Source: a virus
DNA length: 64,000 nucleotides
IMG/VR virus record: IMGVR_UViG_3300042482_000679
Reading direction: 5' to 3' (one strand)
The position numbers and the translations under genes are program-made. A model generated the notes under the pieces. The model was not told the DNA's origin. It searched no databases and saw only the letters and a program-made list of their open reading frames with translations. Below, piece after piece: positions 39,987 through 48,450 of this stretch (position 1 is its first letter; each line of letters opens with the position of its first letter).

Positions 39987-41173
39987 AACAATAGACCTTC
40001 TTCAGATATTCTAACTTGTTTATTTTTATATTCAAACACCAAGTTATTCTTGTTTGTTTTTCCTATAAAATTATAAAAATTATTTTCTTCTAAAAATTTC
40101 TTAGCTGAAAGTTCTTGTTCGATAGTTTCAGACAATCTTTCGATTTGAGTAACACTTTTTTTGGCGTTAGTCTTAACCTCATTCTTTCTTGACTCATACA
40201 TCAATTTAGATTGTTTAACTTCAGAGTCAGAAACTTCAAAATACTTACTTAAAACTTTGTCAATTTTAGATTCAGACATCGCATTTTCAAATGAATATGA
40301 TTCTGTAGGTTCTTCAATTTCTACCTCACCTTCCATATCATCCCCCATTGCAGGTTCTTCAACATCAATTTCATCTTCCATACCCATATCAGCACCTTCT
40401 TCTTCGGCACCCTCAAGTTTGGACATAATGTCTTCCAAGTCTTCTTCACTTAGTTCTGTTAAATCAACTGCAGATAAAACCATATTGATAACGTATTTGA
40501 TGTCTTCAGAAGTCATACCTTCAGCGTTATCAAAAGTTCTCATTTTTTGAGTTAACTTACCAGTTAATTTTTGGATTGTCTTGAATGTAACCTCCTCGTC
40601 GTCAGCAGGCTCTTCAACATCCATCTCAGCGTCAACCTCCATTTCATCATCCATTGGTGGTAAATCTTCTCCCGCCATATCATCTGCGGGCATATCATCC
40701 ATTGGAACATCGTCAGCAGGTGCTGCTGGTAAAGCTGGTTCAGGAACCATAGGTGGTTCAGCAGGAACTGAAGGAGCTGCCGGTACATCTACCTCAGCCT
40801 TTTTAGTTTTGAAAACAAACTTTTTTTGTTCACCAAACAATTCAGTACCTTCATCATTACCATTTAAAGTGTTAACTTCTTTGATAACTAAGTTTAGTCT
40901 TTTCAAAGCTTGTGAATATGAAGAATAATATTTTCTATTCTTCATTGGCTCAATATAATCAGACGTAGACTCAGTTAGTCCTTTTTTAATAATATAACCT
41001 TGTTTTTCTTTAACAATGTGATAAGTCATTCCATCAACTAAGTTAATAGAATAATCTTGTGTTGATTCAGTCAAGGTACTGTTAGGAGTATTGTATTTAG
41101 CAATCTCCATAATTCTTTTTATTTTATCAGTTCCTTGTAACTTTTCACTACCGATAGGTTTTAGTTTTGACAT
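39983..41173 (-). CDS. Acidic hypothetical protein (possible prohead core component)
   Basis: 396 aa, acidic/Pro-rich linkers, several LTE/LSE sites. Confidence 0.65.
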   Translation of the reverse strand: MSKLKPIGSEKLQGTDKIKRIMEIAKYNTPNSTLTESTQDYSINLVDGMTYHIVKEKQGYIIKKGLTESTSDYIEPMKNRKYYSSYSQALKRLNLVIKEVNTLNGNDEGTELFGEQKKFVFKTKKAEVDVPAAPSVPAEPPMVPEPALPAAPADDVPMDDMPADDMAGEDLPPMDDEMEVDAEMDVEEPADDEEVTFKTIQKLTGKLTQKMRTFDNAEGMTSEDIKYVINMVLSAVDLTELSEEDLEDIMSKLEGAEEEGADMGMEDEIDVEEPAMGDDMEGEVEIEEPTESYSFENAMSESKIDKVLSKYFEVSDSEVKQSKLMYESRKNEVKTNAKKSVTQIERLSETIEQELSAKKFLEENNFYNFIGKTNKNNLVFEYKNKQVRISEEGLLL

Positions 41174-41198
41174 AGTTTTATTTATTTAATTTTCATTT

Positions 41199-42872
41199 TT
41201 AGCTGTTAATTCCATCGAATCCTCCGATTCTAATAGCACTTAAATCTATAACAACACCCTTTTTATTTTGTGGGTTCCAATCAACTGGGTGAGGAGGTTG
41301 GTCGGGGAATGGCGGTGACTCCCAAGTACCACCACTAAAGCTTCCTAAAATATCCGCAGTATACGCATATTGGTCGTTAACATCTAAACCAAAACCAAAT
41401 GGAGTTGGAGTTGGTGTTGGAGTTGCGGTGTTTGTTGTTGTTGGTGACGGTGTTACGTCAGCAGTTGTTGATGGTGTGGGTGTGTTACTATTTGTAACAG
41501 TTGGTGTAGGTGTGTTAGATGCTGTAATTGATGGTGTTGGTGTTGGTGTTTTAGTAGGTGTGTTAGTTGGAGTTTTTGTTGGAGTTGGTGTTGAAGTTTG
41601 TGCCGGTGTTGTTGATGGTGTATTTGAAGGTGTTACTGTTTGAGTTGCGGTCTGTGTTGGTGTTTTAGTTGGAGTTGGAGTTGTTGTTGTAGTGTTAGAC
41701 GGTGTAGGTGTAGGAGTTTTGGTATTTGTTGGTGTAGGTGTTGGAGTGGCATTTGTTAAACACTCGATACAATTTTGCCAAGGACCTGTTACAACTGTTG
41801 CCAAGTTATAAAGACTTGATGATGAACCACCAATAATTGTTAAACATAATTCACCTGAACCTACAACATTTAGTTTATAAATTTTTCCTGTCGCTAAACT
41901 TGAGTCGTTTAATGCTAATGTATACGTACTAGATGACGTACATTCCTGTACAAAATATTTCACTAAAGCTTCAGGACTTTCACTTGGTGTAATTGAAGGT
42001 GTAATTGAAGGTGTTGGTGTATTTGTAACCGTAGGAGTATTTGTTGAAGTTATTGTTGGTGTATTAGTTGGTGTGACCGCTGGTGTTCCTGTCGGTGTAT
42101 TTGTTGCGGTAGTAGTTGGTGTGTTAGTTGATGTGACAGTCGGAGTATTAGTTGATGTTATGGTAGGTGTGTTAGTTGGAGTTACTGTTGCAGTATTAGT
42201 TGGAGTTACTGTCGCAGTATTAGTTGGAGTTACTGTCGCAGTATTTGTAGGAGTGTTAGTCTGTGTTGCTGTATTTGTAGGTGTATTAGTTGGGGTTGAT
42301 GTTGGAGTTGCGGTCGTACCTGTATATGGGTCAGTAGATGTTGGAGTTGGTGTTGTTGTAGAAGTATTTGTTGGTGTTTGTGTTGGTGTTGCAGTAGGTG
42401 TTGGGGTTGGCAAAGGCCCAACTTGTACAGTAATTGAATCTGCGGTTGGTCCTGAACCCCAAGTCCAAGTATATGAACCAGTATTTATTCCCAAAGTTGC
42501 AAAACTTTTATTAGTAAAAGTTGCAATTGTTGGTCCTATTTCATTTCCAGAAACATATGATTCATCAAGATATAAGGTTGCTGTTCTTGGCGTACAACAT
42601 TCACCAACACCAAAACTAAGACCACTACCTGACCTATTAAATGAATTTGTAAAACTACCAGCACCCATATCATAGTTTTGTAACGCCAAACCAGTCCACG
42701 CTCTTACTTGGGTAATACCGGTGCTTAATAAAGAAACCCTGTCCTCAGATGGGTAAATTGTTGACCCTAAAGTTAAAGTAACACCTGATGTTAATGATGA
42801 AGTGTTAGCAGTACCTCCACCAGACATTACAACGTCGGCTCCAACTTCAAGTATAGTAATTAATATTGACAT
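41199..42872 (-). CDS. Thr/Pro-rich mucin-like putative virion surface protein
   Basis: Two long TPTNT-type repeat tracts separating three globular segments; late motif upstream. Confidence 0.75.
   Translation of the reverse strand: MSILITILEVGADVVMSGGGTANTSSLTSGVTLTLGSTIYPSEDRVSLLSTGITQVRAWTGLALQNYDMGAGSFTNSFNRSGSGLSFGVGECCTPRTATLYLDESYVSGNEIGPTIATFTNKSFATLGINTGSYTWTWGSGPTADSITVQVGPLPTPTPTATPTQTPTNTSTTTPTPTSTDPYTGTTATPTSTPTNTPTNTATQTNTPTNTATVTPTNTATVTPTNTATVTPTNTPTITSTNTPTVTSTNTPTTTATNTPTGTPAVTPTNTPTITSTNTPTVTNTPTPSITPSITPSESPEALVKYFVQECTSSSTYTLALNDSSLATGKIYKLNVVGSGELCLTIIGGSSSSLYNLATVVTGPWQNCIECLTNATPTPTPTNTKTPTPTPSNTTTTTPTPTKTPTQTATQTVTPSNTPSTTPAQTSTPTPTKTPTNTPTKTPTPTPSITASNTPTPTVTNSNTPTPSTTADVTPSPTTTNTATPTPTPTPFGFGLDVNDQYAYTADILGSFSGGTWESPPFPDQPPHPVDWNPQNKKGVVIDLSAIRIGGFDGINS
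41401..42410 (-). repeat. Degenerate coding tandem repeats (TPTNT/TPTVT), two tracts
   Basis: Includes 24-nt units such as GTATTAGTTGGAGTTACTGTCGCA at about 42170-42240. Confidence 0.85.
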
Positions 42873-42937
42873 TTAATTTTTCTTAATAAATATACATTTG
42901 GGTAGAATAATTTTCTAAATACTTGGACCTGCAATAA

Positions 42938-43690
42938 TTAGTCGATATTTTTTACTTCAACGGAAAGTTCTTTATCCATTTGATTGTTGATAGTATCATA
43001 CAATTTTTCAATAAGACCTGACCTTCTTAGATATTTGAAAACCAAATTCTCATACGAGTATTCACCTTCTTTCTCCAAACCTGAAGTTCTATATTCTTTC
43101 AATTTATCCTTAAGAGCCAAAATTTTAGATTCAGTTTTTTCAACACCATCCTTTTTAATTTGGAGAATCAAATTTTGAAGTTTCTGTTTCCAAGAAAGAA
43201 TTTTTGTTTCCAATAAATCTCTATCTATTTTTGAATTTTCTCTTTCGGGAACATTTAACCATTTATCATCTGAAATTGAATAAACACCTGAAGAATAATG
43301 AGCTTCTTTGGCATCTTGGGCGTACAACTCAACCTCGTAACCAAAAATTACGATGTCGTGTTTTTCATTAAAAAGTTGTTTTTTAAGGTTAAACAATTCT
43401 TTGTGTAAATCTTCTTGTTTTTTGAATTGTGAGAAATCAATTACAACGTGTAAATCAAAGTCTGAAAATTTTGACCAGTTATAATTTGCCAACGAACCTG
43501 TTAATATAATATCTTCAACTTTAATATCATCACCAAGACTATCGATAAAAGCATCCGCAATTTTTAATAAAGCCCTTTTTACTTTTGACTTCATTTTTGC
43601 ATCTTTAGCTTCCTCAGGATTTTCCCAAACTTTAGGGTTTAAGGTTTCTCTAAGTGAAAAACTATCAATAATGTCGTTAACTTTCTCCAT
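42938..43690 (-). CDS. Pol-beta-superfamily nucleotidyltransferase
   Basis: LTGSLANYNWSKFSDFDLHVV (GS...DxD) plus third acidic residue in VELY. Confidence 0.8.
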   Translation of the reverse strand: MEKVNDIIDSFSLRETLNPKVWENPEEAKDAKMKSKVKRALLKIADAFIDSLGDDIKVEDIILTGSLANYNWSKFSDFDLHVVIDFSQFKKQEDLHKELFNLKKQLFNEKHDIVIFGYEVELYAQDAKEAHYSSGVYSISDDKWLNVPERENSKIDRDLLETKILSWKQKLQNLILQIKKDGVEKTESKILALKDKLKEYRTSGLEKEGEYSYENLVFKYLRRSGLIEKLYDTINNQMDKELSVEVKNID

Positions 43691-43707
43691 TATTAATAAA
43701 TAGATAG

Positions 43708-43953
43708 TTATTCTACTTTCTTATACTTGAATTTTTTTGATATCTCAGAATTGAAGAATTTACCCTGTGATTCGGACATTCTGAATTTTGTGTATGTTGC
43801 GTGTGGTACATCTTCATATTCGTATCTCACGCCATTTTTGAACTCTGCAATCATTTTTTTGGTTGCAGTATCATATTCTGTTCTTGTAATATTACTTGAC
43901 TCAATCTCGTTGAGTATTTTTGTTCCGTCTATAATTTCTCTTTTAATTGCCAT
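43708..43953 (-). CDS. KTSC-domain protein
   Basis: ESSNI....YD......EFKNG..YEY.DVP...Y..F..SESQGKFFN. Confidence 0.9.
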   Translation of the reverse strand: MAIKREIIDGTKILNEIESSNITRTEYDTATKKMIAEFKNGVRYEYEDVPHATYTKFRMSESQGKFFNSEISKKFKYKKVE

Positions 43954-44242
43954 CGTTTAAAGGGAATAACTCATTTATCTTCTCCAATCTTTTGTGGATA
44001 ATTAAATTTAAATCATTTTCTTCCAAATTAAACATATCAGACAATTCCTTCTTTAACATATGTAAATAATAATTAAACTCATCGTGAGCTTTAAATAATT
44101 CTACGGTCATATTCGAAACCTTAGCCGCGGTTTCCTCTGTATAACCAAGTCTTTTTAATTCTTTTCTAATTCTAATATAGGCATCAAAAAGTGATGAATA
44201 GTTAAAAGAACCATCAAGATATTTGTTCACTATCTTTTCCAT
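43943..44242 (-). CDS. Hypothetical protein
   Basis: 99 aa, late-like motif 4 nt upstream. Confidence 0.6.
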   Translation of the reverse strand: MEKIVNKYLDGSFNYSSLFDAYIRIRKELKRLGYTEETAAKVSNMTVELFKAHDEFNYYLHMLKKELSDMFNLEENDLNLIIHKRLEKINELFPLNDGN

Positions 44243-44255
44243 ATAAGATAAATAT

Positions 44256-44281
44256 AAAAAACCCCCAACTTAGTCGGGGGT
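44256..44281 (-). terminator. Intrinsic terminator after the UVR gene
   Basis: ACCCCCGACT-A-AGTTGGGGGT followed by a T-tract on the minus strand. Confidence 0.75.
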
Positions 44282-44288
44282 CTTCAAA

Positions 44289-44735
44289 TTATTCATATTT
44301 TCTCAACTCGTTTCGTATCTCAATCGCTGATTCAAAATCTTGTGTTTCGATTGCCGATTTCAATTTAGACTGTAGTTCTTCTACCTTGTCTTTATTCTCT
44401 TCAATTGATTTAATCATATCACGAAGTTTAATTGCCAATAAGAAATCTTCAGTCTCAACCGCTCTTTCGAGTTCTGCTTTTAGTCTTTCAACTTTATTCT
44501 CAGATTGTTTTGGTTTTCTCAATTTAGATTTAAGACCATCTTTGTCACTTCCAAAGTAGGACTTATAAATTACGGTTGATTTCCAAGTACCATCTGGTGA
44601 TGTGTAACTTTCACTGGTCCATTCACCTTCTTCATCTTTACCCGTTTTAAAATCTTTTTTAAAGTCTTTAAAAGGGTCTCCACCGAACATTGATTCAAAC
44701 ATTTCGTTTAGGTCGTCAAAATTAAATCTTCTCAT
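44289..44735 (-). CDS. Tandem UVR (UvrB/UvrC coiled-coil) domain protein
   Basis: LKAELERAVETEDFLLAIKLRDMI and LQSKLKSAIETQDFESAIEIRNEL. Confidence 0.85.
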   Translation of the reverse strand: MRRFNFDDLNEMFESMFGGDPFKDFKKDFKTGKDEEGEWTSESYTSPDGTWKSTVIYKSYFGSDKDGLKSKLRKPKQSENKVERLKAELERAVETEDFLLAIKLRDMIKSIEENKDKVEELQSKLKSAIETQDFESAIEIRNELRKYE

Positions 44736-44783
44736 AGTATTTTTTTTATTAAATATAAATGTTTATTTTTGTAGAGACAATAG

Positions 44784-44855
44784 TCAATTTGAATGCCAAA
44801 TGGAAATATATGACATTTTGTCAGTATCACAAAAAACTTAACTGACAATTTTTCA
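44784..44855 (-). promoter_or_regulatory. Sigma54-like promoter plus two TGACA-N3-TGTCA-type palindromes
   Basis: Minus-strand TGGCA-N6-TTGA at 44784-44798; TGACATTTTGTCA at 44811-44823; TGACAATTTTTCA at 44843-44855. Confidence 0.55.
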
Positions 44856-44859
44856 GTTG

Positions 44860-44891
44860 TTTGGATTTGTATGAAAATTGTTATACCTTTG
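44860..44891 (+). promoter_or_regulatory. Bacteroidota-type primary sigma promoter for clpC
   Basis: TTTG (44860) - 20 nt - TACCTTTG (44884). Confidence 0.7.
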
Positions 44892-44908
44892 TAAAAAAAT
44901 AGAAAACT

Positions 44909-46909
44909 ATGAATGGATTAATGGATGATGACGAAAAACCTCTAAGCCAACGTAAATCTTCTGATTCTTCAACACCTGTGTTGGACAATTTCAGTAGAGA
45001 CCTTATTAAGTTAGCTGAAGATGGTAAACTTGACCCTGTTGTTGGTCGTGAACAAGAGATTCTACGAATTGCACAAGTTTTATCACGTAGGAAGAAAAAC
45101 AACCCAATTATCTTGGGGGAACCTGGTTGTGGTAAAACCGCGATTGTCGAAGGATTGGCAATGTTGATTCACAAAGGTGAGTGTCCAAAGAATTTGTTGG
45201 ATAAACGAATTGTTACTTTGGATTTGACATCTGTGGTTGCAGGAACCAAGTATCGTGGTCAGTTTGAAGAACGACTAAAGGTTATCTTGGAAGAACTTCA
45301 AAACAACCCGAATATCATCGTGTTCATTGATGAGATTCATACGTTGATTGGTTCAGGTAACTCATCAGGTTCTCTTGATGGTTCCAACATCTTTAAACCA
45401 GCTCTTGCTCGTGGAGAACTCCAATGTATCGGAGCGACTACTTTGGATGAGTATCGTAAGTCGTTTGAGAAAGATGGGGCGTTGGAACGTCGTTTTCAAA
45501 AAATTATGGTTGACGCATCAACACCTGCAGAAACTGTAATTATCCTTAACAATGTCAAGGATAAGTATGAGTCTTACCATAAGGTAACCTATTCAGATGA
45601 GGTAATTGAATTGTGTGTAAAGTTGGCTGACCGTTACATCACAGACCGTCAATTCCCTGACAAAGCCTTTGATATTCTGGATGAGGTTGGGGCTCGTGCT
45701 CAAACTGAGGTTAAAATACCTGAAGCAATTGAGGACCTGAAACGTAAAGCGGCTGAAATCAAACAACAAAAACTTGATGTTGTAAAACGTCAAAACTTTG
45801 AACAAGCAGCCGAATTACGTGACAAGGAACGTAAAATCTTGGCAAAACTTGAATCTGAAAAGAAAAAGTTTGAAGAGGAGTCATCAACCAATCGTACCTC
45901 GATTACTGTTGATAATGTTTATGATGTGGTTTCGTCTATGACAAAAATTCCTGTAAACAAAATGACAATCGATGACACTAACGCACTTATCAATATGGAT
46001 AGTGTTATTAAGTCTAAGGTAATCGGTCAGGATGAGGCGGTAGAAAAGATTGTTAAATCAATCCGTAGAAACCGAATTGGTATCAAAGACCCTAATCGTC
46101 CAATTGGTTCATTTATTTTCTTGGGTTCTACTGGTGTTGGTAAAACTCACTTGGCTAAACAAATCGCCAAAGAAATGTTTGGTTCAGAAGATTCGATGAT
46201 TCGTGTGGATATGTCCGAGTATCAAGAAAAACACACGGTATCTCGATTGGTCGGAGCACCTCCAGGATACGTTGGTTATGATGAAGGTGGTATGTTGACA
46301 GAACAAGTCAAAAACAAACCATACTCAGTAATCCTATTTGATGAGGTTGAAAAGGCTCACCGAGACATCTTCTCAATCCTACTTCAAATCCTTGATGATG
46401 GTCACGTTACTGATTCATTGGGTCGTAAGATTAACTTCAAGAATACCTTGATTATTATGACCACAAACTTGGGTGTTAAAAAATTGTCTGATTTTGGTTC
46501 AGGTATTGGTTTCTCATCAAACAAATACTCAAACGAAGAAGCCAAAAAACAGATGTTGATGAAAGAACTCAAAACTTTCTTCTCACCTGAGTTTTTGAAC
46601 CGTGTAGATGACACCATCGTGTTCCAAACTTTATCGAAAGAAAATATCGATAAAATCACCAAACTTGAATTGGATAAATTGGTGACTCGTTTGACTGATA
46701 TGAATTATCAAATTACATATAGTCCTTCGTTGATTGAATTTATCTCAAAAGTTGGGTTTGATGAAATATATGGAGCACGTCCTATCAAAAGGGCTATTCA
46801 AGATAAGGTCGAAGATTTTATCTCTGAGATGGTCCTGACAGGTAAAATCAAGGAAGGTAAAAAAATCAATCTTACCGTCCAAGATGAGACAGTAAAAATT
46901 GGTAAGTAA
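44909..46909 (+). CDS. clpC: ClpC-like AAA+ unfoldase lacking the N-terminal domain
   Basis: Two AAA modules ([14 protein letters not shown]; [17 protein letters not shown]), UVR-type middle domain ([11 protein letters not shown]), GIGF ClpP-docking loop. Confidence 0.9.
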   Translation: MNGLMDDDEKPLSQRKSSDSSTPVLDNFSRDLIKLAEDGKLDPVVGREQEILRIAQVLSRRKKNNPIILGEPGCGKTAIVEGLAMLIHKGECPKNLLDKRIVTLDLTSVVAGTKYRGQFEERLKVILEELQNNPNIIVFIDEIHTLIGSGNSSGSLDGSNIFKPALARGELQCIGATTLDEYRKSFEKDGALERRFQKIMVDASTPAETVIILNNVKDKYESYHKVTYSDEVIELCVKLADRYITDRQFPDKAFDILDEVGARAQTEVKIPEAIEDLKRKAAEIKQQKLDVVKRQNFEQAAELRDKERKILAKLESEKKKFEEESSTNRTSITVDNVYDVVSSMTKIPVNKMTIDDTNALINMDSVIKSKVIGQDEAVEKIVKSIRRNRIGIKDPNRPIGSFIFLGSTGVGKTHLAKQIAKEMFGSEDSMIRVDMSEYQEKHTVSRLVGAPPGYVGYDEGGMLTEQVKNKPYSVILFDEVEKAHRDIFSILLQILDDGHVTDSLGRKINFKNTLIIMTTNLGVKKLSDFGSGIGFSSNKYSNEEAKKQMLMKELKTFFSPEFLNRVDDTIVFQTLSKENIDKITKLELDKLVTRLTDMNYQITYSPSLIEFISKVGFDEIYGARPIKRAIQDKVEDFISEMVLTGKIKEGKKINLTVQDETVKIGK

Positions 46910-46910
46910 C

Positions 46911-46940
46911 AAAAGGGGGGATGAAAGTCCTCCCTTTTAT
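46911..46940 (+). terminator. Intrinsic terminator
   Basis: AAAAGGGGGGAT-GAAA-GTCCTCCCTTTT. Confidence 0.75.
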
Positions 46941-46951
46941 ATTTATATTAT

Positions 46952-47578
46952 ATGCGTGATAGAATTAAACAAATTTTACAAGAACAAATCGACCTTAAAA
47001 AAATAGGTATTGAAGTTGAACCTTCAGATAGAGTTGTACGTAGTATTTGTGATGCTAAGAAATTTTGTGATGCTCAAGGACCTATAACATTTGGTCAATT
47101 AAGAACTATTATCGAATCGGCAATAAAGGAACGATTGGGTAAACATATTGGCGAGGGTGGGTTTAAAGCAACATTAAGATTATTACCTTGGTTTTTACCA
47201 CAATTAGCGGTTGCGGGATTTGGTGCTGCAATTATGAGAGCTGCAAATAAAATTATTAAACCTTCATTAACTGAAACCCAAAATTACAAGACTTGGTGGG
47301 GTAAAACAATTTTAAGACTTATGGATGCAGTTGAGGGTGACCTTCCTCTTTCAGACCCATTTAGTAAAATATTTTTTATATCAGATGGTTTAATGAGCTT
47401 AATGGACGATGAGAGTAAAGTTAAATTTGCTCGTCATATTGCAGAAATTGCTAACAGAATGCCAGACGATGAACCAGTGCCAGAGTTTTTTGTAGAAAAC
47501 GAATTAAGAAATTGGGTTAATAAAAGATTTTTATTAGACCCACCACTTGAACCAAAGGGAATAAAAAAAGAGGACTAA
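46952..47578 (+). CDS. Hypothetical late protein
   Basis: TATTTATA 4 nt upstream; leader MRDRIKQILQE. Confidence 0.65.
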   Translation: MRDRIKQILQEQIDLKKIGIEVEPSDRVVRSICDAKKFCDAQGPITFGQLRTIIESAIKERLGKHIGEGGFKATLRLLPWFLPQLAVAGFGAAIMRAANKIIKPSLTETQNYKTWWGKTILRLMDAVEGDLPLSDPFSKIFFISDGLMSLMDDESKVKFARHIAEIANRMPDDEPVPEFFVENELRNWVNKRFLLDPPLEPKGIKKED

Positions 47579-47591
47579 TGTCCTCTTTTTT
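47563..47591. terminator. Bidirectional terminator between convergent genes
   Basis: AAAAAGAGGAC-TAAT-GTCCTCTTTTT. Confidence 0.85.
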
Positions 47592-47594
47592 GTT

Positions 47595-48425
47595 TTAGAA
47601 AAGTAAAAACTGATGTGAGTTTTTATCTACTCTGTTAGTGTGGTGATAATTGTTACCAATTGATTCGATAATTTTTTTACCAATGTTAATACCGTTCTCG
47701 ACATCTTCAATTACAACATATTCATATTTTGAGTGGTAGTCATAATAACCAATTGATAGGTTAATACAAGAGAAATCAAATTTCTTTCTCAAAGCGTATA
47801 CATCAGTAAATGGGTGTCGTTGGTACTTCATATCGTCTGTCATAGACTCTTTCAATACAACATCACAAGACTTGAAGAAATCAGAGTTTCGGTCAAACAA
47901 TCTTTCACCAAAACAATATTCTGTAACCATCCAGTTCTCAGGTGCATCAAACTGAATCGCATATCCGACATTTTTGAAGAACTCAGGGTCAGCGTGAGAT
48001 GAACCAATACAACCAATTTCCTCACTAACAAAAAACGCAACTTTCAAGTCAGGTAGTTCTTCCAATAAAGTCAAACAGGCAAAAACACCCGCCTTGTCAT
48101 CACCACCAATACCTGTTGGATTTCCGTGGTCGTCATAAGCTTTCAAGGAAAGTTTCATTTCACCTTGAGCATTTTCTTTCATTTCTTCACGAACATTAAT
48201 ATTTGTCAATGAGTGGACCGTGTCCGTATGAGCAACAACACAAGGAAAATATTCAACAACTTCAGAAGTCTGTTTTGTAACATAAACGTTCATATGTTCA
48301 TCAACCTGAAAGTTGTAACCTTTGTTGGTTAGGTAGTTTGTGAGGTATTCTACCATAATACCTTCGTGTCTTGATACTGTGGGAACTGATAGAACTTCCT
48401 TAAGTAGGTTTGTGTTGATTGTCAT
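47595..48425 (-). CDS. M28/M42-like (clan MH) metallopeptidase
   Basis: AHTDTV, GGDDKAG, SEEIGCIGS, QFD, YHSKYE. Confidence 0.88.
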   Translation of the reverse strand: MTINTNLLKEVLSVPTVSRHEGIMVEYLTNYLTNKGYNFQVDEHMNVYVTKQTSEVVEYFPCVVAHTDTVHSLTNINVREEMKENAQGEMKLSLKAYDDHGNPTGIGGDDKAGVFACLTLLEELPDLKVAFFVSEEIGCIGSSHADPEFFKNVGYAIQFDAPENWMVTEYCFGERLFDRNSDFFKSCDVVLKESMTDDMKYQRHPFTDVYALRKKFDFSCINLSIGYYDYHSKYEYVVIEDVENGINIGKKIIESIGNNYHHTNRVDKNSHQFLLF

Positions 48426-48450
48426 TGTATATTATTTGTATACAAATATA

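Noticed and set aside
41401-42410. Tandem repeats here and at 60481-60843 and 63306-63730 as CRISPR arrays
   Set aside because: Units are degenerate multiples of 3 nt inside open frames, with no unique spacers and no cas genes
42073-42675. Val/Gly-rich plus-strand ORFs (also 41428) and Trp/Cys-rich minus-strand ORFs at 63279-63962
   Set aside because: Antisense shadows of Thr/Pro-repeat genes
42938-43690. Nucleotidyltransferase as a class II CCA-adding enzyme
   Set aside because: Too short and lacks the GGxVRD and RRD motifs
44909-46909. ClpB call
   Set aside because: The short UVR-type middle domain and GIGF ClpP-docking loop indicate a ClpC/ClpE type
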